Positions 1 to 10,938 of a stretch of DNA of 64,000 bases are shown here, piece after piece. The stretch covers positions 248,001 to 312,000 of the forward strand of contig NW_026782226.1 in NCBI RefSeq assembly GCF_031769215.1, in the 5' to 3' direction. The position numbers and the translations under genes are program-made. Source of the stretch: Ylistrum balloti (taxonomy: Eukaryota). The notes beneath the pieces are model-generated. The model worked only from the letters and a program-made list of their open reading frames with translations, was not told the DNA's origin and ran no database searches. Positions within the stretch are counted from its first letter, which is position 1. Every line of letters starts with the position of its first letter.

Positions 1-195
1 GTTTCCTTTAGTTCTACAAGAAATGATATATAATACATTGTTATATATAGAAATATCAAAATAAACTGATCATTGAAGATTGTGACAGCTCAATGTCTTT
101 CTATTACAATGTGTATTTGAGATATTTCTATTTTCATTCAGTGTCATAACAACTACAGTATTAAATTGTAATAGAAGGGAAAGTTATAGTATTAC

Positions 196-3100
196 CTTTG
201 GCCTTCGCATAATACCCTGCCAATTGGAGTACAGATGCCTGTAATACAATTAAAACAGTAAAACTAACCATTTCAATGACCATTTCATATTATAATGATG
301 TTGAAGTTTTTGTCGTCTCAGTTTAATAAGATGTTGAATGTGACAATGATAGTGTGTGCATGCATTACTGTTAAAGTGACTTACTCACAACAATATGTGA
401 ACATTTTTTAGACACGAATATATAATTGATACATCTAATAAGACTTGATTAGATGTAAACAAAATATACTTGCCTCATAGATTTCTCTTCGAAGATTCTG
501 GAGAGCTGGAAATGGTCGATAATTCTATGTTTAAATGGTGTATGACATTGGTAATATAGTACAATTCATAATGACATTACTCAAGCCACACTCAACGAAT
601 GATTTTTCACATTTGGCTTTAAATATAAGTTTATGTATACTTTGACAATTTTCTCCTGATAAGGGAGATAATCCAGGAATAGTCCAGTCAATACTATACA
701 GTGGAGATCACCCAGCACATAATGTTCCGTCAATCTGAGAAATGACTTACCCTGTTGTCTCTTTCGGATATTGTCTTCAATTCTTTCAAAACTCAAATCC
801 ACCATTTCGGTTGCAACGAAGGGCTGGAATAAAATTAATGCAGAATTATTGACAAGTTCTTAACATACAGCGTTATAGAAGTGGTCAGTGTAGAACAATA
901 AAAAACATTCATTATTTGGTAAGGAAAATTTTGTCTTGTCAAGTTCGCATTTAAAAAAAATTTTTGAAGTAAAATGTAATTTCTTCAAGACAAATTAGTG
1001 ATCGTTGATTATTGGTTAATTATAAAATGTAATCTCTATCTATCGAATGTAGACCAAGTTGTTTATACCTTTGTATTAAAGTCTCGCTTAAAATCTTCTA
1101 GTTCTGCAAAATGAATAAATAAACACAAAATGAAAAAAATTAAATAACCTGATGTTAACATTACAGGCTTAGATTATCTAACATGTCCAAAAAGTTAACT
1201 CAAATATTTTAAATGCAGTAATGATTATATAGTGCACTCAGGTATTATGATGGCATACTTTATTATCTGTTTTCACAACATTTCTAAAAATTGGAGACCA
1301 AAATGTACAGATATTATACACAAAACTTATTTAATTATTATAACCTTACCGTACATCTTTCGAAGAGATTGTTTGTTCAAATATTTCAGTTCATATTCTT
1401 CTTCCTTAGTGGGTCCACTCGACTGAAATTTAATTCAACTTAATTTAAAATCTTAAATCAAAAGATTAGATAGTGAATAAGAACAATAACATGACACTAG
1501 TTACTTTGACTTTCAGTTAATATCAGAGGTGGGGGTGGTCTGTAGGTTTAGGGAAAAGGTGCATTCACAATTTTATATTAATTTATATTAAGGTACCACT
1601 ATCCGTGTGAATTGTTACATAGATTTTAACATTAAGATACTTGATAGTCATGACCACTGAACTCCCTTCAGTTTCAGCACAATACAATTTGTTTCTTCAG
1701 GATCTATACTTTCTCACCATTTATATTTATTGATTTATTTATTACGATGGAGTGGGGTGGGGTGGGGTGGGGTGGGGTGGGGTGGGGTGTGATGGGGTGG
1801 GTGAGGATCCAAGGAGTGGGGGAGGGCTGTAAATTGTGTACTTACTGGACAAATATTCCGTGCTCTCCTTCTGAGATCTGAAAAGAATGGAAACACAACC
1901 ATAACAGGAAGCCAAATTATTCTATATTTTTGGAACTTTTCATCTCATAGTACTGATGTTATTTCTTACTTATTTACTACCACTGTTAATGATCCTTGAG
2001 TTCAGTTGACTCTCATACATACATGTGACATGTATCATATCTACATGTACCATATAAATTATTGTCATAACACTTTATTGTTTCAGTTCAGAAAATAGTT
2101 ATTCCTAACACATACCTCTGAACAAATAATATTTGTGTTGTTAAATACATTTTCCCCTTGAAATTTCAATATACATTTTAGTTGAATGATATGTCTACAA
2201 GTTGTTCAGAATACCTGATAAGTTTTAACTTACTTCGTCTGGACTGTTTTACATCTTCCTCTGCCGCCATCAATATTGCTATTTCATTATCAATATGTAC
2301 ATTTGGCTGGAACAAAATAAACAGTCTGTTAAAACAAAGGCAATGGGGAGGACACCAACACCCTTCAACTTATAAAATAATAAAAAAAGGGGAAAATAAA
2401 AAGGTTGAATACTAACAACAACAGGTGATATAAGTATATACATGTATACTCAAACAAATCAAGGAACTTAATGCATAGCTGTTTGTTTTTCCCCATTTAT
2501 AATTCATCTAGATTTGTTTTGCTAGCAAACAATAGGCAAAAATAAATTTTCTAGTAGATTTGTCTTTTCCATTCGATTCTATGAAAATGTGAGTTTGCAC
2601 ACATAATAATTCATGTTTGTTAATTATCTTACCTTGAGAGTATCTATCTCTCTTCTGTAGTCATCATACACTACATAAATAAAACAAATTATTGATATAA
2701 AATACAAGCATGAAAAGTTCCAAGAAATATTGCAACAAATCTAATGATAAAATCGTTCAAGCATTGACAATTAAATTTCAATTGCTTTTATTAATACAGA
2801 TGTATATAATAACTTCTGTTAATATTTTTGTTGTTTAATTTATTTTATTTAACACAATAGTTGATTATAAAGACCCATGTTCTAACTGTGCCACTTTTAC
2901 TCGACCTAGCTGAACTTCATGCAGATATATTTTATCATATTATATATGAGTAAACGATCCAAAAAGAACTTAATGTACAACTTAAACCATAACACGATAG
3001 CCTAGTTATATCAATAATATGACATCCGACACTGTCAAGTATAACTTTGTATCCGGTTGATATAACTTACAACAATCCCCGAGTTTTCCGGAAATTTTCT

Positions 3101-3698
3101 TTAATTCTTCCTTCACTTCCGGGGTAGGGACGTATGACTGAAATTAATATACAGCACCGTAAAAATTATTTGTGGCTCGTCGAATATAAAATATCTTTAT
3201 ACTGAATATCATATGATTATTATTACAATGTAAATCTTCATTTTAAATAAAAGTTTATAAAAATTATTTACCCGAGCGTAATCGTGATCATATTCACTCC
3301 TCACCACCTTGACGGTATCTGGAATCGGAAAGAGAATGGAGAGTAATGGAGTTATACACACAAGTACACCGGTAAGATGCACAATTGTTTCGTTATCAAC
3401 GCATTTAACACACAAGTGTAACACATAGAGACAACTGTGAACAATTCACAGTGTGATATTTGTAACTTAAATTTAAAATATGATGTAGAACGAAAGCGAA
3501 GTTATTTTAAAGATAATATTCCCTTTACGACTTCGAACTTCGATAACGGACTAAATTCCGAGTCTGTCGTGAATTCGTTTCATTAACGATCGTTTATCGA
3601 TATATAGTCTATATGTGTAGATACATTAACAAAAGCTACTTACCATCCGCAAAGGACATGATACTTGGAACCCCTATCATATACTCTGATCTATCCAT
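196..3698 (-). CDS. Orphan short-exon gene, copy A (5' 11 coding exons; 3' part lies beyond the window start); charged, probably helical protein of unknown function
   Basis: Exons 3698-3644, 3318-3305, 3137-3071, 2670-2633, 2306-2234, 1877-1846, 1422-1350, 1103-1069, 823-751, 505-474, 238-196 have AG acceptors and GT donors (one GC donor) and join in one frame: MDRSEYMIGVPSIMSFADDTVKVSYVPTPEVKEELKKISGKLGDCLYDDYRREIDTLKPNVHIDNEIAILMAAEEDVKQSRRNLRRRARNICPSSGPTKEEEYELKYLNKQSLRKMYELEDFKRDFNTKPFVATEMVDLSFERIEDNIRKRQQALQNLRREIYEASVLQLAGYYAKAK. Each exon has the same length as its counterpart in copy B. Confidence 0.85.
1751..1803 (+). repeat. (GGGGT)n microsatellite with G-quadruplex potential, in an intron of copy A
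   Basis: Run of ggggtggggtggggt... seen directly; absent from the equivalent intron of copy B. Confidence 0.9.
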
Positions 3699-3763
3699 AA
3701 TGATTCGCGAGAGAATGCATGTTTTCTGAATCTTACAACTTCGTAACTAAGCGCCGCGAAAAC

Positions 3764-3812
3764 TCACGTGATATAGAACAATATAGTCACGTGATTTATA
3801 AAGTCACGTGAC
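3764..3812. promoter_or_regulatory. Cluster of three TCACGTGA E-boxes (one perfect GTCACGTGAC, CLEAR-like) upstream of copy A
   Basis: tcacgtga at 3764, 3787 and 3804, 66-114 bp upstream of the ATG at 3698; same spacing (23, 17 bp) in copy B. Confidence 0.7.
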
Positions 3813-5569
3813 GGACGAGTTCGATTCCGACAACAGTCACTTCAACTTGCTATTTTTAGACTAAGGTTGTTCGAATTTTCATAATTTAATACATATTTAA
3901 GCAAAGTCAAAGAAATAATTGATTTAAACATTTAATTCTGAAAAGCAATTACCAAATATAAGTTGTAAAATCTTCTCGGTAAACGAATGGAGAATGACAT
4001 CGATTTCAGTGGTAGCAGTACACAGTTTCTCGGTGTGCCCATGGGTGATTTTTTTTTTTTTTGCTTATTAGATTACCCCGTTATAAAGGTTTTAATTAAC
4101 AATGAAAAAAAATACTTGCTAAAATTGGACCTGTCATGTTTAAGTGGACAATGTGGGGTTTCATTTTTATCAGGATAATATTTTACCATTGTGTTGGAGA
4201 TTACTATTTGGGCAGTCTCGAATCTGTTTCTACGCACCAAAAACAAGCTTTACAGAAAGTTTTCAAAGTGTTTACATGTGGTCATGTTATGAAGAATTTC
4301 CGAGTTGGAATTTTCTGAAATGTGAGTACTTTGTTACCATGACAGTGTTGTTGATTGTAGGATAGGTGTTTAGAATTAAATTTCTATTAGAAAGTTGTAG
4401 TGTTAGGTTGGAATTAGTAGTATTTTTGCATTTTTTAGTATTTTTTCAGTAGGTAACCATGACAATCAAATGTAGGGAGGTCAGCTAAAAAATGAACCCC
4501 CTAGAAAACATTTTAAAACATGTTTTTTAGACAGAACTCAGAGAAAGAGAAATTTTGGTGCAAAAATTTTGGAAATCGGTTGTGGGGTTCAAAAGTTACA
4601 TCAATTTTTGTACCTCGAAAAGCGGCCATTTTTCTGTTTTCGGCAAAAAGTCCCTAAAAGAGGCATGTTTGAGGCCTTATATCTGAAAATGTGGTTATGA
4701 TATGTATTGTCAGAAATCAGAGGAATTTTTTTTTATCTCAAACATGACAAATAATTTCAGGAAAAATGCAAATTAACTGTTTCCTGCTACCAGTAACGTG
4801 ATGGGCGAGTTCGATTTAAGCAACGTTCGTGTGTATGTTCTATCTTAGGTACGTTATTCCAGTATTCCTCAGTTTTACACATTTATACAAAATCCCCTAT
4901 GCAAAATTTTGATTTTAATCTTTTATCCGGAGTATTATCTGACTTTCAATTACATTATTCCATTGGCAAAAATAACGCATCAATTTCATTAAACATATTT
5001 GAAAGTCACATATAACGTAATCAGTGTGCCTCAAATGCGATTCGCACACAACAAACTTGCACTTGACACTTAGAAAGGTAAATTATTTTGTTTTCTATGT
5101 TTCAATATAAAATCTTGAGTGATTAATTATTTGTGCTTGAGGTTTCATTTTCTATCGTTTATATTTTTCAGCTATGGAATGTTTGCCATTGAAAAGTAGA
5201 AAGTGTAGAATATTGAAGGCGTAAGAATTTGTTGATAAGATTGACGTGTTACATAAATTTACTAGAATTGTTTACGGCTATAATTATGGTGTGGAAGTAC
5301 AGGTGCCGCTCTCATTTTATCACATGTTTACAGTGTAGTATGCTTCTTGTCCGCACGGACGAGGTATCTCAGGCATTGTACGGATACCAAAGGAAAATAT
5401 ATCAAAAACATTGGAAACATGTCGCGAAATAGTTGTTATTTGCGTGGATTATCTCCCCTATTCTAAATCACGTGATTTCAGCGAGAAAAATGATGGAGTC
5501 TTCGAAGCGGGAGGACGTGGATGAGGGCATTACTTAACGTAAGCATGAAAAAGTCACCAAAGAAGGTCA

Positions 5570-8335
5570 ACAGGCCAGTACAAACAAATGAGTTTCATTA
5601 CATTGCAACCAGTGATATTATTATATAACAAGTATTTGTGTTAAATTCATATTCGATTGATAATGCAGCTTTTTACTCCGCCTGGTTTAGTCCATGTGAA
5701 TTTCGTACCCCAGAAAATCCAGCCAGATATAAAATACAATACTTTGCACAGACATGGGCAAAAATTACATAAGATAAATGATTTCTGGATCTTGTTAAAG
5801 GGTACAAAATTGAATTTGAAACGCTACCTATTCAGGAACATATAATTAAAACTCCAAACTTTTGTGCCACTGAATTAGCTGCATTGGAATCTGAGATAAA
5901 CAAATTATTAGATAAAAATGTGATTGAACCAGTACCTCGTTCTAGCCAGCAGGGTTACATCTCCCCTATATTTCTGAGACCAAAGAAAGATGGTTCTTAT
6001 TCCCTTATCCTCAACCTTAGTGATTTGAATTATCATGTAGAGTATCATCATTTTATGATGGAAACTTGACATTCAGCAATCAATATGATGAAACCTAATT
6101 GTTGGTATGGATCGGTTGATCTTAAAGATGCCTATTACTCGGTGAATGTAGTGGACTCTGACACAGTGTACCTTCAGTTTATGTATAAGTGTTTTATATC
6201 AGTTTACTGCCTTACCAAATGGATTATCATCTGTCCCGCATGTATTTACCAAACTTATGAAACCTGTGTACTCAACTCTTCGTAAACTAGGGCACTCTAA
6301 CGTAGCATATGTAGATGACAGTCAATTACAGTCTGACACACACAGCATGTGTACAGAATATCTTGACCACTGTGACATTGTTTGACTCTCTACACTTCAC
6401 TGTTCATCCGGACAAGTCCATACTTATTCCAACTCAACACATAGAATTCTTGGGTTTTTGGTTGATTCTGTAGATATGACCGTCTCACTTACAGCTGAGA
6501 AAGCGATTGACATTTATCAGCTTTGTGTAAGAACTATTGATAAAACCCGTCTCCCAATTCAAGAATGGCACAACTGGTAGGAAAACTCAATGCATGTGCT
6601 CCAGGTGTAGATTATGCCCCTTTGTATACTCACAGACTAGAGACCCTAAAGGACAGGGTACTAAAACAAAACAACGGTAATTATGACTCATACATGGAGT
6701 TTTCACAGTTTGCCCGTGCTGACTTACAATGGTGGGCAGATAATGTCAAAACTGTGTTTAAACCTGTCACACGTAAGGCCTGTGCTTTTAGTATCACAAC
6801 AGATAGCTCTAGTTATGGCTGGGGGGGGGGGGGGGGCAGTTTTGGAAAATGAAAGGACGAGAGAGAAAGTGGAAACTGGTGGTCATTGGTCATCTGATGA
6901 TCAGGCTGACCACATTAATGTTCTTGAACTTCATGCTGCGTTTTTAACTATTCAGTGCTTCACCAATCATATCTGTGGACAACATGTTACTTAAAACCTT
7001 GACAACATGGTGGCCATTGCTTACACAGGGCTTTCCATAATTTTGTTGGTAGTAGGCTGTGTAGCGAAAGTAGGAGGCTGGCAAAGCCAGCCGCCCCGAG
7101 CCGCAACGCGGCAAAGTGGGAGTGGCCTACCATGTACGTGTAGTCGTGTACGGAACATAACTACGGAACTGGATTGGTGTAGACGGCCAAATGATCAAAG
7201 TAGCCGGTCAAATTGGCCAGCGACCAGCTCTTATGTTTTATGCTTACATTAAACATATGGGAGGTAAATGTACTCAACTTAATGACTTGGCTGCTTCCAT
7301 GTGGAAATGGTGCATAGAGAGGAATATTTGGCTCTCTGCTACTCATATTCAAGGCCTACACAGGCAGATAGACTCTCTAGAAAACTAAATCCTGATATGG
7401 AGTGGATGTTACAGAGTGAAATTTTCAATAAAATTATGGAACTCTATAGAGAATATCCACCTACAGTTGACTTATTTGCTTCCCGCATTAATCATCAACT
7501 ACCTAACTATGTGTCCTTTCTCCCTGATCCCTATGCATGTGCTGTGGATGCTTTTGCATTTGACTGGTATATTTCATCTGGGGTAATGCATGATTTCCCT
7601 CCTTTTAGTGTGCTGGACAGAGTGATCCAAAAGATAAAGCTCGACCAGGCCACGGTAATCCTCATAGCTCCACTGTGGATGACGCAGCCGTGGTTTTCAA
7701 ATCTTCTGGCCCTCATGGCAACTCCAGCATACATACTTTCACCAATTCAGCAGACAGTTTAGCATCCAGTCTTCAAAGGACGGAGACATCCCATCGGAAA
7801 TCTTAGTCTGGCTGCCTTTCTGCTCTCAGGGAATGACTCTGTGACCAGGGTTTATCACGCTCATCATTGATTCCTGGAGAACTTCGACCCAAAAACAATA
7901 TCGGGTGTATTTCGAAAAATGGATGTGTTTTTGTGTTAGAGACCAAACTAATCCGTTTGCTACATCTGTTTCCAAGTTATTAGATTTTTTGTATGAGATG
8001 TTCAGAGAGGGAAAAAGATATAGTGCTATCAACTCTGCTAAGTCAGCCATAATCGGGTTTGCATCACTAGTAAATTCAGACTTAAAGCACATAAATGTCA
8101 AGTTCATGAAAGGAATATTTACCAGGAAACCTACACTACCTTGTTATACAGACACCTGGGATGTAAATATTGTACTCGACTAGATGAAAACACTCTTGCC
8201 TTTACAAGACCTTACATTATTACAGCTATCTTGTTGCTAAGTAACTCTGTTAGCTCTCGCGACAGGCCAACGTGGACAGACTTTGCATGTGTTGAAGTGT
8301 TCAGATTTACACATTTCTAGTGACGACCTAGTTAT
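5570..8335 (+). mobile_element. Degenerate DIRS-type tyrosine-recombinase retrotransposon (RT, RNase H, methyltransferase-like domain, 5' part of YR; gag largely missing)
   Basis: Frameshifted fragments in the canonical order: RT (GYISPIFLRPKKDGSY, VDLKDAYYSV, YVDDS at about 6305), RNase H (HINVLELHAA, DNMVAIAY, WLSATHIQG..QADRLSR), MT-like (VDLFASRINHQLPNY..VDAFAFDW..FPPFSVLDRVIQKIK), YR N-terminus (SAINSAKSAI..KFMKGIFTRKP..WDVNIVL..LALATGQRGQTL). Many stops and frameshifts; the 3' end abuts a HINE at about 8340. Confidence 0.9.
7026..7240. mobile_element. 215-bp GC-rich insertion with an 8-bp target-site duplication inside the DIRS RNase H region
   Basis: tgcttaca at 7018-7025 and again at 7241-7248; removing the insert and one copy restores DNMVAIAY-IKHMGGKC. 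The left end begins CAGGGCTTTC (hAT-like); no matching right TIR is seen. Confidence 0.75.
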
Positions 8336-8341
8336 TTCCTT

Positions 8342-9221
8342 TTCCAAAGGGCCAAGTGAGCTTATGAAATAGCCTGTTGTCCGTCTGTCTGTCCGCCGTC
8401 CATCCGTCCTGTGTCCATCTACTTTTCATATAAACAACTTCTTCCGAAATACCGAAAGGCGTAGAGTTATTATATTTAGCTGGCAGGTTCCTTTGATAAA
8501 GCCAAATAAACTTTGCAAAAAGAAATGACCTTGACCCATTTACAAGGTCACAGAGGTCAAATGTGTTAAAACCTTTAAACGACTTCTTCCAAAATACCAG
8601 AAGGCCTAGAATGATTATATTTGGCTTGAATGTTCCTTTTATAAAGCCCAACAAAGTTTGCAAAAAAGAAATGACCTTGCCCCATAGTCAAGGTCACAGG
8701 GGTCAAATGTGTTAAACCTTTAAATTACATTTTCTGATGATTCAAAACATCTAGGATAGTGATATTATTCCTAAATAGGTTCTCAATGATGCCCGGTAAT
8801 ATTTGAGAACAGAAATGACCTTGACCCATATTCAAGGTCACAACAGTCAAATGTGTTAAACCTTTGAACAACTTCTGATTAACCTAAAGGCTTAGGGTCA
8901 TAATATTTGTCCAAAAGGTTCCCTTAATGGTGCCCACATAGTGTGTGACAAAAATAGCCTGACCCATAATGATATTTAAGGTCATTGGGGTTAGATTTGG
9001 TAAAATAGTTAATCAACTTCTTCTGATTAACCAAAAACCCATCATATTTGGCCATTAAAGGCTTATATACAAATGACTTATTTTGGACTACTAAGGGACA
9101 GAACCCATATGGAGTAATTTGACATATTTCTTTAAGCATCTACTGTGGAACGTATGCACAGAAATTGTACAGTTGGTCATAAAGATCCAGCTGAGCGATA
9201 CAGGCCCTCTGGGCCTCTTGT
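8342..9221 (+). mobile_element. Non-autonomous Helentron-associated element (HINE) with about 146-bp internal repeats
   Basis: 5' ccaagtgagct followed by a (GTCC/GTCT)n-like microsatellite, repeated aaatgaccttgacc..caaggtcaca units (8523, 8669, 8814), and a 3' cagctgagcgat..ggccctctgggcc palindrome followed by tcttgtt. Confidence 0.75.
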
Positions 9222-10938
9222 TATAATATATAAAACAGAAAAAAAGTTTCTTGTGTAAAAATTCTTTCATCAATAAATTCAGCGTCTATAAATGTACATC
9301 TACTTCTGTAATCATCAGGTCAGTATAAGATTGAAAATCACGATTAATTAAGTGTAAAATATTACAATATTGTAATAAAGATAAGTAAAAATCACATAAC
9401 AGTGGTATATTATAGTTATGAAGATATAATTTTATCTGATAAATGTTTCTTGTGGAGATATGCAAAATTGTAACCTCTGTATACTGGATACATCCTTCAG
9501 TTGTTTGGAGCCTTCATACATTTATACTGAGCACACACATCAAATGAACACATAGAAGCAGATTAATTCCACAATTTTATTATGGTATAAAAATGACACA
9601 GTTTGCATAAATGTTTGGTAATTGATGTTATTAACTATTGATGAACCATGTTTCTAATATAGTTATTAAAAACTTTAAAATCTTAAAGAACCATCTGAAT
9701 TTTTTTAATGTTTTCAAGTCTTAATGCTATCAGCATAATTTACATTTGAACGATGAAAAGAAAATCTGAAATATTTGAAAAATGAGGTAATACATGTACA
9801 TGTAGTAATGAGGATATTATTTTATCTGATAAATGTGTTTGGTGGAAATGTACAAAATTGTATATAACGAATAGATAAAAATTATATGTTCAATTAGAAA
9901 TCAAAATAACCGGACTCTTATTTTTGTTATTCAATAATTCGATTACGCTTACCTTTAACCTTAAAGAGTCCTACTTCACATTTAACAGATGGTCAGTCTT
10001 ACTTAAATACTGTTCTAAAAAGCCCAAGGGGGTCTGTATCCCCATCGAATCTGTCTTCTAGACAATACAGACAATTTCAATGACATCTGTCTCCCAATCA
10101 AATCTATCTCTTCATGGAATCCAGATCAAAAATATAAAAATATATCTTATTTTAGACACAAAATTTAAACCTACAATTTTGTACATTCCACACAATGTTA
10201 TTACTAAAAAAACAATATATATATATATATTAATTATTACCACTTATTTAGAGCAAATTATATAATTCTGTTTCTTATTATGACTATTTATAAATTTTAT
10301 GAAAAAAAAAAAAAAGAATTGTAGAGGTTATACGGAACAATTGAATGTAAAATGAAAGTAGAAAATGTATAGAAACATATATGTATGATGTATAGGTAGA
10401 TAAATTGTACAATCTATGTACTACTTATTTTCTTATAACAAATGCACTACTCTAGATATAAACAGACCAGTAAATCATTAAAAACATACTGTATAACAAT
10501 TGTAGATTTGTGAGAGAAATTCACAAAAAAAAAAAAAAAAAAACACACACACGCCTACCACCACACACACATATTAACATTGATAAATCTATACAACAAC
10601 ACTATTTTTTTAGTCTTCAAGTTGGAAATACAGTGTGGAAGACTTGTAAGGCAGATACGATTACTGACTGATAATGAGGTACAAAGTACCTTGTTATTAA
10701 ATAAAAATGTCCATATGACATCTAATTAATGTGCATGATTATGTGTTATCTGGTACAACTTTCATGGAAACATTGAAAAGTGTGTAAATACATTCAATTT
10801 TAAATTTTAAATTTAACAAAATGTTTTGAATTAAGAAATATATAGTTAAAGATATTGCACCAGTACTTCAGTCCTAAATATGATCTTGCATGGTAATATG
10901 ATTTTTTCAAATACATTTTTTTCCCTTTTTAATCCAAG

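Noticed and set aside
6830-6846. Long G run in the DIRS RNase H region as a programmed frameshift signal
   Set aside because: The element is broken by many other lesions; homopolymer expansion or sequencing error is simpler.
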